From Macrostomum lignano (Eukaryota): a stretch of DNA of 64,000 nt. The notes beneath the pieces are model-generated. The model saw nothing but the letters and a program-made list of their open reading frames with translations, did not search any database and was not told where the DNA came from. The number at the start of each line of letters is the position of its first letter. The first letter of the stretch is position 1. The stretch spans positions 130,303-194,302 of the forward strand of contig NIVC01000302.1 in assembly GCA_002269645.1 (NCBI GenBank), given 5' to 3'. A program made the position numbers and the translations under genes. Shown one piece after another: positions 36,598 through 49,103 of the stretch.

Positions 36598-38285
36598 CGT
36601 TTGAAATGCAATGGAGCCGATTGAACAGAAAATGATGTGTTTGAAATACAATGCAGATGATTGAACAGAAAATGATGTGTTTGAAATACAATGCAGATGA
36701 TTGAACAGAAAATGATGTGTTTGAAATGCAATGGAGATGATTGAACAGAAAATGATGTGTTTGAATGCAATGGAGATGATTGAACAGAAAATGATGTGTT
36801 TGAAATGCAATGGAGATGATTGAACAGAAAATGATGTGTTTGAAATGCAATGCAGATGATTGAACAGAAAATGGATTCAGTGTTTGAAATGCAATGCAGA
36901 TGATTGAACAGAAAATGGATCAGTGTTTGAAATGCAATGGAGATGATTGAACAGAAAATGGATCAGTGTTTGAAATGCAATGGAGATGATTGAACAGAAA
37001 ATGGATCAGTGTTTGAAATGCAATGGAGATGATTGAACAGAAAATGGATTCAGTGTTTGAAATGCAATGCAGATGATTGAACAGAAAATGGATCAGTGTT
37101 TGAAATGCAATGCAGATGATTGAACAGAAAATGGATTCAGTGTTTGAAATGCAATGGAGATGATTGAACAGAAAATGGATCAGTGTTTGAAATGCAATGA
37201 AGCCGATTGAACAGAAAATGGATCAGTGTTTGAAATGCGATGGGGCCGATTGAACAGAAAATGGATTCAGTGTTTGAAATGCAATGAAGCCGATTGAACA
37301 GAAAATGATGTGTTTGAAATGCAATGCAGATGATTGAACAGAAAATGATGTGTTTGAATGCAATGCAGATGATTGAACAGAAAATGGATTCAGTGTTTGA
37401 AATGCAATGCAGATGATTGAACAGAAAATGGATCAGTGTTTGAAATGCAATGAAGCCGATTGAACAGAAAATGGATTCAGTGTTTGAAATGCGATGGGGC
37501 CGATTGAACAGAAAATGGATTCAGTGTTTGAAATGCAATGAAGCCGATTGAACAGAAAATGATGTGTTTGAAATGCAATGCAGATGATTGAACAGAAAAT
37601 GATGTGTTTGAATGCAATGCAGATGATTGAACAGAAAATGGATTCAGTGTTTGAAATGCAATGCAGATGATTGAACAGAAAATGATGTGTTTGAAATGCA
37701 ATGCAGATGATTGAACAGAAAATGATGTGTTTGAAATGCAATGCAGATGATTGAACAGAAAATGGATTCAGTGTTTGAAATGCAATGCAGATGATTGAAC
37801 AGAAAATGATGTGTTTGAAATGCAATGCAGATGATTGAACAGAAAATGATGTGTTTGAAATGCAATGCAGATGATTGAACAGAAAATGGATTCAGTGTTT
37901 GAAATGCAATGCAGATGATTGAACAGAAAATGATGTGTTTGAAATGCAATGCAGATGATTGAACAGAAAATGGTGTGTTTGAAATGCAATGCAGATGATT
38001 GAACAGAAAATGATGTGTTTGAAATGCAATGGAGCCGGTTGAACAGAAAATGATGTGTTTGAAATGCAATGCAGATGATTGAACAGAAAATGATGTGTTT
38101 GAAATGCAATGCAGATGATTGAACAGAAAATGATGTGTTTGAAATGCAATGCAGATGATTGAACAGAAAATGATGTGTTTGAAATGCAATGCAGATGATT
38201 GAACAGAAAATGATGTGTTTGAAATGCAATGCAGATGATTGAACAGAAAATGATGTGTTTGAAATGCAATGGAGCCGGTTGAACA
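36598..38285. repeat. 40-bp (with 45-46 bp variants) minisatellite (TGTTTGAAATGCAATGCAGATGATTGAACAGAAAATGATG)n
   Basis: About 1.7 kb of tandem copies. Confidence 0.97.
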
Positions 38286-38596
38286 GACAATCCGTCTTTG
38301 TTTGCGAGCTTTTTGCTGATCAAATGTTTGGGCTGTAGCTGGGTCCGCGCCAGCACCTCCCAAGCCCCGCTGCAGCAGCGGCTGAGTTGCCAAGTTTCAA
38401 TTTGTGGAGGAAAAAGTTCAGTTTTTCTTGCTGGTTCATTTTCTCGGCTGAAAATGATAGGTTTAAATAGTAATTACATGTAGAATGTGCAATGTAATTC
38501 ATTCAAAAAACCACAAATTTTGTGTGAGTAAACCCTACATCTCCATCAACTATACAGCCTTGTGTGAGTAAACCCTACATCTCCATCAACTCCATC

Positions 38597-39291
38597 CAAA
38601 ACGTGAACTAGAGATTTTGGCAGAGAAGAACAGTAAACAGGCATTCTACTACAATCGCACTGCACGAGACCTACGACCGTTTAAAGAAGGAGATCAGGTG
38701 TGGATGCAAGAAGATCGAAGACAATGGATTCCTGCAGAAATCGTGAAACCCGATGTCACTGACCCAGACAGGTCATACAAAGTTCGAACTGCTACAGGTC
38801 GTGAATTCAGACGAAATCGCAGATTTCTGGCAAAGCGCAATACAGACCGCAGAATGCAGACCATACCAGAGTATTCAAGGATTCAACTACCTAATCAGGA
38901 TTCTAACAATGGAACGATTCAGACTTACAGCTCAGACGCTCATGCATCCGATACAGTACACAATTCGCAGCTGGATTCTGGAAAATCTGGTGGAACAAAA
39001 TACATTACACGATATGGACGTGAAGTGAAGCCAACTCAATTTTACAAGGCTACATAATTATATGCACTCAAACTGAACTAACTGACAATGCCAGTTATCA
39101 TTTCATTCATCCATTAATGCGTATGACACTTCTTTTTGGAAAAAAAGGGATGTCGCAGACAGACCGAATTAAGTTGTCTATGACCTTAGCTTTATGTCTT
39201 TATAAGCTAAATATACGAGAGCTGCAGATACGAACTAAGCGCAGCACAGACGGCTATGCCGTAATCTAACATTCATACCCAAAACATAACA
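38597..39291 (+). mobile_element. 3' fragment of Gypsy element 1 (integrase tail, PPT, LTR 39151-39291)
   Basis: Matches about 47409-48103. Confidence 0.95.
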
Positions 39292-39433
39292 CATTTTCTG
39301 GTCCGACCGGGCGTAGCTTGGTTGGGTGTTAAACCAGTGGGGCGTGGCTCTTGTGCGTTGGTGCGGGGGGTGGTGGGCCGGGCCTTGGTCACGTGCCCGC
39401 GGCCTGGGTGGCGGTTTTTTAATGCGGTGCGGG

Positions 39434-40851
39434 TAAATGACAACTATACGAAGAAGCTGAGCCCCAGGTTTGAGTCCGTCAAGAAGGTTGCAGCCTCTAT
39501 CGGCAAGGGCTGGTTCATGGCAAAGCTTGACTTGTCGCAAGCTTACAGAAGCGTGGCGATCCATCCGGATGATTACCAGGCGACCGGCATTGGTTGGCGT
39601 TTTAAAGGCAACCGTGATCTGACATGGCTTGTCGACACCCGGCTACCCTTTGGTAGCTGCGCCTCGGTCGAGATTTTCTACCGGCTTACTCAAGCGGTCA
39701 AGAGGATGATGGTGCGACGCGGCGTGGCCAATATTTCGGTTTACCTGGATGATTTTCTGGTTGCAGCCGAGAGCGAGAAAGAGTGTATGGATGCTCTGAA
39801 AGAGCTGATTAAGCTGGTTCGCCAGTTAGGTTTTGGTGTCAATTGGAATAAAGTGGTTGAACCTACGCAATGCTTGGTGTATCTCGGTGTGAAGATTGAT
39901 ACTGTCCGTGGAGTTCTTAGTGTGCCGGCGGAAAAGTGTGAGGAAATGCGCACCACACTGCTTAACTTTTCGCAGCGCAGGCGTCTCTCGAAACGACAGC
40001 TTTCGTCGCTTTGTGGCAAGCTCAGCTGGGTCGTCCAGGTGGTGCACGCTGGGAGTTGCTTCCTAAGACCCCTGTTCGACCTGCTTAATGCCCTGGAAAA
40101 GCCACATCACAAAGTGCGTGTGTCCGCTGACACTGTGCGTATTTTACTCTGGTGGCGAGGTGCCCTTCTGAAGCTGCCTGATTTTCAGCTTTGGAGAAGT
40201 TGCACAAACGGCTGGATCATCGAAACCGATGCGAGCAGTGCTGGTGGCGGAGCCATTTTGCGCAATGGTAGCGGTATGGTGGATTGGCTGTACGTCAATT
40301 GGGATCTGGATGCTGGAGGAAAGTTTAAAGACAAGCATATCACGTACAAAGAAGCTATTGTTCCGCTGCTGGCTATGGTTCGCTGGGGTGCCTTTTTAAA
40401 TGACAGTTCGGTCGTGGTCTACTCCGACTCTAGTGCGGCTGTTGGCATGATTAACAGAGGTTGCTGTCGGCGGCCTGAGTTGCAGCCGCTGTTCCAGACT
40501 GCCATGCTCATTGCTGTTAGGCGTGGGGTTGAGGTGCGCGCTTTTCATGTGCCTGGCTGGTACCATGTCTTTGCGGACCCGTGCTCTAGGCTGCACGCCG
40601 TGGACAAAATGCGCGATTTTTTATTTCGGGTGTATGGCTCTGTTGACTGCTGTTTTAACGAGATCGCTAGCCATGCTTTCTGCCCTGCTGCCTCCGTTTT
40701 TCTCATTTTACAGGCCCTCCGCGCCAGACTCCCGACCGCCTCAGCAAGCGTTGCGCATTTATCCTGGGCAATGCCTACGCGCCCCGCACGAAGCGGAGTT
40801 ACCGGTCGCAGCTCGCGTCTTGGCTGCGATTTTGCAATTCCCGGCACCTGA
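39434..40851 (+). CDS. DIRS-type reverse transcriptase/RNase H (N-terminally truncated)
   Basis: KLDLSQAYR, RLPFG, YLDDF, YLGVKID, ETDAS, KEAI, SDSS, ADPCSR. Confidence 0.9.
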
Positions 40852-41714
40852 CGCCGCTGCGGGCAGAGCCTGTGCACGTGGCTGAATACCTGGCTGAGCT
40901 GTCCACCCGGCTGTCAGCCTTTCGGAGTTGCCAGGCGTATGCTAACGCGGTCTCGCTGTACTTCAGAGCTCTCGGCCGGCCGGACCCGTGCGAGTCGCCG
41001 ATGGTTAAGCTGGTGCTTCGTGGTCTTCGCCGGTGTCTCAGTCGGCAGCAGCGCTCAAGGGAGCCATTCAGAGTCGCGGATCTCCTCAAGCTACACGCCC
41101 ACCTGGACCAACGTCTGAAGAGTGACATCGCGTTCTGGGCAGCAGTTCTGGCAGCCTGGTGGGGTATGCTGCGAAAAGCGAATGTGACGACGCAATCGGG
41201 GCAGCTCGATCTGTGGTGCGACCTGGCAGCATCGAGCATCGTCTTTTCAGAGTACGACTGTGAGCTCACTGTGCGGCATTCGAAGACCAACCAGTTTGGC
41301 GATCGAGTTCAGCGAGTGTTTCTTCCGAAACTGCCTGATGGAAGCTTGTGTGTCCTGTGTCCGTTCCGTGCGCTCGAGCGGCAGCTACGGACAAACCGAA
41401 TCGGCCAGGCGCCGCGTCCGGTTCACCTGTTCTCCACGTGGTCGTCCGCGGGATGGTTGCCTCTGACGGCTAGCAGGTTTGATAGCCGGCTTCGTTCGCT
41501 CTGCACATCGGCGGGTTTGTCGCCACGCGAGTTCACTGGCCACGGGCTGCGGCGGGGCGGCGCTACGGCAGCCATGCAGCTCGGTGTTCCACTGCCGATG
41601 ATCAAGAAGCTGGGCGACTGGAAGGGCAACTCAGTGTTTCGCTATCTATCTGTTCGGGACTCGGATGCCAGGGCGGCTGTGCATGGCTTGGCTCGTCGGG
41701 TTGGCGCGCTCTAA
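40714..41714 (+). CDS. Tyrosine recombinase of the DIRS element
   Basis: Open frame with AYAPRTKRSY N-domain and catalytic set LRKAN, SKTNQ, HGLRRGGAT, GDW, RY. Confidence 0.9.
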
Positions 41715-42283
41715 CTCTCTCTCTCTCTCTCTCTATGTCGAACTTTCTGGTTTGGGTTGGGCCAGGCTCGAACCTGCGCCTCTCGTGCCAACTGCCTTGA
41801 CTTCGTCTCACTGGTTTAATGGTCCGACCGGGCGTAGCTTGGTTGGGTGTTAAACCAGTGGGGCGTGGCTCTTGTGCGTTGGTGCGGGGGTGGTGGGCCG
41901 GGCCTTGGTCACGTGCCCGCGGCCTGGGTGGCGGTTTTTTAATGCGGTGCGGGCTGTCGCTGACCCGCCAAGCGCGTATTGATTTTTTTTCTCGCTTTTA
42001 AGTCTCCAAGGTTTTTATTTGGCTTTTAGTCCGGTAAATTAAAGTTAATAAATACGCTCGAATACTCGTACAATAGGGCCAGGCTCGAACCTGCGCCTCT
42101 CGTGCCAACTGCCTTGACTTCGTCTCACTGGTTTAATCGGCTGAAAATGATAGGTTTAAATAGTAATTACATGTAGAATGTGCAATGTAATTCATTCAAA
42201 AAACCACAAATTTTGTGTGAGTAAACCCTACATCTCCATCAACTATACAGCCTTGTGTGAGTAAACCCTACATCTCCATCAAC

Positions 42284-42850
42284 TGAACCATACTGAACCA
42301 TACTGAACCATACTGAACCATGCTGAACCATATTGAACCATACTGAACCATACTGAACCATATTGAACCATACTGAACCATACTGAACCATACTGAACCA
42401 TACTGAACCATATTGAACCATACTGAACCATATTGAACCATACTGAACCATACTGAACCATACTGAACCATACTGAACCATACTGAACCATACTGAACCA
42501 TATTGAACCATACTGAACCATACTGAACCATACTGAACCATACTGAACCATGCTGAACCATACTGAACCATACTGAACCATACTGAACCATATTGAACCA
42601 TACTGAACCATACTGAATCATACTGAACCATGCTGAACCATACTGAACCATACTGAACCATGCTGAACCATATTGAACCATACTGAACCATACTGAACCA
42701 TACTGAACCATGCTGAACCATATTGAACCATACTGAACCATACTGAACCATATTGAACCATACTGAACCATACTGAACCATATTGAACCATGCTGAACCA
42801 TATTGAACCATATTGAACCATTCTGAACCATATTGAACCATGCTGAACCA
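42284..42850. repeat. 10-bp satellite (ACTGAACCAT)n
   Basis: Tandem copies. Confidence 0.97.
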
Positions 42851-43435
42851 TAAAAGTCTCAAACTGACAATATTATGTTTGTCACAGAAAATCATATTTC
42901 TTGAAACAGTAAATTGCAATGCCAGAAAATCGGTTAAGATTCTATCTTTGAAACTGCATAGCTAAGAGCTTCATCTGGTGGATTCTGATAAATTTCGTGA
43001 GTCACAAAAAGATTAACACGGCTTGTCTGAGTTCACTTTAAGCTAATCAATAAATTCAGTCGATAGTCAGAATTCTGGGACACTATAATCAGAAGGGGCA
43101 GAGTTCGAGACTGGGCTCACATTATGTACAAGAAAATTTGTAAGCAATGGACCAAGAACCAGTTGGGGTCAGTCACAATTTTCGGCAGATGCTTCTATTG
43201 AAAACATGCGAATTGAAAAGCAACACTGTGCTGCAGCGGGAGCAAGGCAAAGCGCGGGACGGTGCAGGAGAGGCTGCTTGTGTACCGATTAGAAAGCTGG
43301 CGATGCGCTCAGCATCCTGCTCCAAGTAGCTAAGGCAGTAAAACTGGCTGATTTTGATGCGCATGCAGTTTTAAAAACCTTTGCAGGTGTTTACAAAATC
43401 GAAATATCAAATGGTCGATAGGGAGAGCTTTGGTC
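42851..43435. repeat. Unclassified dispersed repeat Y, copy 1 (truncated)
   Basis: Near identical to about 49104-49688. Confidence 0.9.
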
Positions 43436-43571
43436 TGGACGTGAAGTGAAGCCAACTCAATTTTACAAGGCTACATAATTATATGCACTCAAACTGAACT
43501 AACTGACAATGCCAGTTATCATTTCATTCATCCATTAATGCGTATGACACTTCTTTTTGGAAAAAAAGGGA

Positions 43572-46500
43572 TGTCGCAGACAGACCGAATTAAGTTGTCT
43601 ATGACCTTAGCTTTATGTCTTTATAAGCTAAATATACGAGAGCTGCAGATACGAACTAAGCGCAGCACAGACGGCTATGCCGTAATCTAACATTCATACC
43701 CAAAACATAACATGGTGTCAGAGGAAACCGTAAAAGTGCAACTTCAATTCGAGCTCCACTAAAGCATACATATGGCTGATTCTGGAAGCCTAAAGCCGCC
43801 TGCACCATTTTCCTTTGATGAAAACAAAGCCGAGAAATGGCGAAAGTGGATCAACGGTTTCAAACTATTCCTCACGGCGACTAAGAGAGAAAAAGAGGCC
43901 GACGAGGTCAAGACAGCAATTCTCCTCACGGCATTGGGTGAACAAGGTCGAGATATTTACGATACGCTAGATTTGACTGAAGGTAATTCATTCGACCAAA
44001 TTGTTGCCGCATTTGAGAAATTCTGCAAGCCGCTGGACTGTGAAACATTCGAAAGATACAAGTTCAGAATGCGCACACAGCAGCAATTCGAAGAATTCGA
44101 TCACTATCTTGGCGAGCTGCGAACACTCATAAAACAATGCAATTTTGCAAAGCCAATGGCATCCGAAACAATCGAAAATGCAATTCTAAGAGACCAAATC
44201 GTGTATGGAGTGCACAATCCTTCGGTCAGGGAGAGGCTATTGGAACAGGACAAGCTGACGCTCGAGAAGGCAATCGCATTGTGTCGAGCATGTGAAGCAT
44301 CCAAAGTGCAAGCACAGAAAATGATCGGTAAGGCGTATGAAAACCCAAGACCAAGTGTGGACACAGTTAAAAAAATGGCACCCACAGCAAAGCACCAGAG
44401 AAACCGAGTAAGAAACTCCTCCCAAGGCTCCCGCAAGGACTCGCATCAGGGCAGAACCAGTTGCAGATACTGCGGAAAACAGCACACCTTTGGTAGTAAG
44501 CACTGTCCTGCATTTGGAAAGATGTGTAGTAATTGTGGAAGAAAGAACCATTTTAAAGCCATGTGTCAGCAAAAGTTTCGAAATAACCCTACAAGACATG
44601 TCAGACTGGTAGATGAACATGATGACGAAAATGACGAAGACACAGGAGGCAGCTTAACAAAATCATGGGCTGTATCTTCAGTTGCTAGCTCTGACCAGAT
44701 GGCTGGAAATAATGAAAATAAGACCGCTCGCACGAACAGCAAGACAATCGCGAGTGTACTGGTTGAGGATCGTCAGTTGATTTCGTTTAAAATCGACACA
44801 GGAGCCGATGTTAACATTATGTCTGCAAAAAGACTTAGGCAGATTACCAAGAAGGAATACCGAGAGGATAGAAGCACACAGTTAGTTGTGTACAACAAAC
44901 AGAGGCTGACAGTTTTGGGACAAATTCAACTGCTTCTCAGACACCAGAATGAAGAAATTCAAGCAAAATTCTTTGTCATTGCTGAAGATAATATGCCATT
45001 GCTTGAGACAAATACAGCAGAGAGTCTCGGACTGATACGGATACTGCATGCTGTTCAACAGGATGTACCGGTATCGGAAGAACCACTTACAAAGGAAGTG
45101 ATTTTGAAAGAATACGCCGATGTCTTTGAAGGGCTAGGTTGTCTGCCAGGAACACACCACATAGTTTTACAGACGAACGCTGTTCCCAGAGTTCAGGGTC
45201 CAAGAAAAGTTCCGTTTGCAGCATTGAAAGCATTAAGAGATGAGCTGCATCGCCTCAGTGAGCAAGGAATGATTTCCCAGTGTTCGCACCCCACGGAGTG
45301 GGTATCCAACGTTGTGGTTGTGTGGAAGCCTGACAGTTCTGTGCGTCTCTGTCTCGATCCGCAAAGTCTAAACGAGTTCATCATTCGAGACCGGTACCCA
45401 ATTCCATCATATAATGAAATTATTAGCAAGATGACTGGCGCAAAGTTTTTTTCAACTTTTGATGCTACAGCAGGATTTCATCAAGTAGCTTTAGATCATG
45501 AAAGCTCTCTTCTAACCGCATTTCATACACCTTTCGGAGTCTACAGGTGGAACAGACTGCCATTCGGATTGAAGGATGCTCCAGAGGCATATCAGAGAAA
45601 AATCAGAGAAGAGATCACGAGTCATGTTGCAAACTCCGCAAACTATATTGACGATATAATCGTGTGGGGCAGAACAAGGAAAGAGCATGATGACTCGGTG
45701 AGGCAACTGCTACAGCAGTGCAAGGATAAGAATTTAAAGCTAAACAAGACCAAAGCTAAAATCGGACAGCGAGAGTTGAAATTCCTAGGACATATTCTAA
45801 CCAGCGAAGGAGTCAAGATCGATCCGGAAAAGATACGAAGCATCAAAGACATGCCGCATCCGAACAGTTACTCCCAGATATCTGAAAAAGCCGCGCAACT
45901 ACAAAGATTCATCGGCAGCGCAAACTTCTTGTCGAAGTTCATACCAAATTTCTCAGCGCTTGCTTCACCTTTGCGACAGTTACTGAAAAAAGATGTAGCG
46001 TGGAACTGGGGAAAACGGCAGGAAGAAGCATATGAAGCAATTAAGGAATCACTGTGCAAAGCTCCACTATTGGGACAATTTAACCCAGATCAGAGTGTCA
46101 TTCTAAGTGTAGATGCCAGTAAAGATGGACTCGGAGCCGCTTTGATGCAAGACGGACACGTCATTGAATACGCATCGTCATCGATGACTCCTGCTCAAAA
46201 GAAATATGCTCAAATCGAAAAATAATTCTTGGCAATAGTCTTTGGATGTCACAGATTTCGACAATACTTATGGGGTCGGCACGTACAGGTTGAATCAGAT
46301 CACAAGCCCCTGCAATTCATTATGAAAAAGCCACTGAGTGAACTATCAGCTCGACTGCAGCGACTAGCTTTGAAAATTCAAGAATTCGATCTCAATGTGA
46401 CGTATGTACCCGGAAAAGAACTATACCTTGCGGATACACTAAGCCGCGCTTATCTGAAATCCGTACATTCATCCAATGATATTGATGATGACATTCAGTG

Positions 46501-48103
46501 CCAAATACTTGGAGTAGCTCGTGTATGCCTACCAGACAACTTGCTAAAGGATATCCAGCACCACACAAATGCTGACGATTTATGTCATAAGCTAAAGGAC
46601 CAGATTCGAGAGGGTTGGCCAGATGCCAAATCCCAAATAGCTGAAGAACTGAAGCCATTCTGGAATATTCGGCATGAACTGATGGAGAATGACAGACTCA
46701 TATACAAGAGCAGCAAAATATTCATTCCTGATGCAATGCGAAGACAAATGCTTCAAATCCTCCATGAAAGTCATCAAGGCGTGGAAAAGACGTTGATGAA
46801 GGCTACTGAATCTGTATTTTGGCCTCGAATGCGCCATGACATTGAGCAATACATTTCTTCATGCGAAAAATGCCAAAGTTACCAAGCTTTTCATCAAAAA
46901 GAATCCATGAAAATGGTTGAAAAACCTGAGTATCCATTTCAAGAGTGTGGAACTGACATTTTCTATTGGAAAGGGGAAACACACATTGTCCTGGTTGACA
47001 GGTTAAGTCGATGGATCTGCACTGATAAGATCACGACAACATCAGCAGAGTGCGTCATAAAACAGCTGTCACAATATTTTACTACCTATGGTACTCCAGA
47101 AGTGATAAGATGTGACAACGGACCTCCATTTGGATCCAACAGGTTTAAAGAGTTTGCTGAACAGAAAGGTATACGAATTAGGACATCGTCGCCAAAATAT
47201 CCACAATCAAATGGCCTATCAGAAAGAGCTGTTCAGACAGTTAAAGGATTTCTAAACAAAGCAGAAGATATAAATTGTGCATTACTACACTATCGGAATA
47301 CGCCAATTGAAAGAGGGCTACCGACACCGGCTGAGCTAGTGATGGGACGAAAGCTCAGATATCAACTGCCACTGCCCATTGAACAGCTGAAACCAAGACA
47401 AGTCTGGACAAAACGTGAACTAGAGATTTTGGCAGAGAAGAACAGTAAACAGGCATTCTACTACAATCGCACTGCACGAGACCTACGACCGTTTAAAGAA
47501 GGAGATCAGGTGTGGATGCAAGAAGATCGAAGACAATGGATTCCTGCAGAAATCGTGAAACCCGATGTCACTGACCCAGACAGGTCATACAAAGTTCGAA
47601 CTGCTACAGGTCGTGAATTCAGACGAAATCGCAGATTTCTGGCAAAGCGCAATACAGACCGCAGAATGCAGACCATACCAGAGTATTCAAGGATTCAACT
47701 ACCTAATCAGGATTCTAACAATGGAACGATTCAGACTTACAGCTCAGACGCTCATGCATCCGATACAGTACACAATTCGCAGCTGGATTCTGGAAAATCT
47801 GGTGGAACAAAATACATTACACGATATGGACGTGAAGTGAAGCCAACTCAATTTTACAAGGCTACATAATTATATGCACTCAAACTGAACTAACTGACAA
47901 TGCCAGTTATCATTTCATTCATCCATTAATGCGTATGACACTTCTTTTTGGAAAAAAAGGGATGTCGCAGACAGACCGAATTAAGTTGTCTATGACCTTA
48001 GCTTTATGTCTTTATAAGCTAAATATACGAGAGCTGCAGATACGAACTAAGCGCAGCACAGACGGCTATGCCGTAATCTAACATTCATACCCAAAACATA
48101 ACA
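43572..48103 (+). mobile_element. Ty3/Gypsy LTR retrotransposon 1, full length
   Basis: 141-bp LTRs at 43572-43712 and 47963-48103; PBS TGGTGTCAGA at 43713; PPT GGAAAAAAAGGGA. Preceded by 136 bp of its own 3' end (43436-43571). Confidence 0.97.
43772..47869 (+). pseudogene. Gag-Pol (gag, zinc knuckles, protease, RT, RNase H, integrase) interrupted by one in-frame TAA at 46223
   Basis: CRYCGKQH, CSNCGRKNHF, IDTGA, YIDD, DAS, QIEK*FLAIVF, HESHQG...CEKC, DNG, NGLSER. Confidence 0.93.
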
Positions 48104-48257
48104 CATTTTCTCGGCTGAAAATGATAGGTTTAAATAGTAATTACATGTAGAATGTGCAATGTAATTCATTCAAAAAACCACAAATTTTGTGTGAGTAAAC
48201 CCTACATCTCCATCAACTATACAGCCTTGTGTGAGTAAACCCTACATCTCCATCAAC

Positions 48258-48935
48258 TGAACCATACTGAACCATACTGAACCATACTGAACCATGCTGA
48301 ACCATATTGAACCATACTGAACCATACTGAACCATATTGAACCATACTGAACCATACTGAACCATACTGAACCATACTGAACCATATTGAACCATACTGA
48401 ACCATATTGAACCATACTGAACCATACTGAACCATACTGAACCATACTGAACCATACTGAACCATATTGAACCATACTGAACCATACTGAACCATACTGA
48501 ACCATACTGAACCATGCTGAACCATACTGAACCATACTGAACCATACTGAACCATATTGAACCATACTGAACCATACTGAATCATACTGAACCATGCTGA
48601 ACCATACTGAACCATACTGAACCATGCTGAACCATATTGAACCATACTGAACCATACTGAACCATGCTGAACCATACTGAACCATACTGAACCATGCTGA
48701 ACCATATTGAACCATGCTGAATCATACTGAACCATGCTGAACCATACTGAACCATACTGAATCATACTGAACCATATTGAACCATACTGAACCATACTGA
48801 ACCATATTGAACCATGCTGAACCATATTGAACCATATTGAACCATTCTGAACCATATTGAACCATGCTGAACCATATTGAACCATATTGAACCATACTGA
48901 ACCATATTGAACCATGCTGAACCATATTGAACCAT
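48258..48935. repeat. 10-bp satellite (ACTGAACCAT)n, second array
   Basis: Tandem copies, same left flank as the first array. Confidence 0.97.
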
Positions 48936-48973
48936 GCTGCCCCCAAATATTGCAGGCTCAACAAAAAGCGCGG

Positions 48974-49033
48974 CTCCAAGGGCAAGGGCAAGGGCAAGGG
49001 CAAGGGCAAAGGCAAGGGCAAGGGCAAGGGCAA
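48974..49033. repeat. (CAAGGG)n hexamer run
   Basis: About 10 tandem copies. Confidence 0.9.
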
Positions 49034-49103
49034 GCCTCGTGGAGAAAAGGATGACGACTGATGATTCTCATCGGATTGAGAAGACTGCCAAATTTTGATC
49101 TCA

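Larger units (their letters stand above)
39300..42137 (+). mobile_element. DIRS-order tyrosine-recombinase retrotransposon with split direct repeats (Ngaro/PAT-like), gag-deleted
   Basis: A1 39300-39433, B1 41759-41820, A2 41821-41953, B2 42076-42137. RT/RNase H and YR ORFs; no TSD; empty site CATTTTCT|CGGCTG at 38437 and 48104. Confidence 0.92.

Noticed and set aside
42239-49033. MVQYGSVWFS-repeat and PLPLPL ORFs
   Set aside because: Translations of the 10-bp and 6-bp satellites.
49050-49100. Hammerhead core CTGATGA (also at about 25993)
   Set aside because: No flanking stems or correctly placed GAAA.
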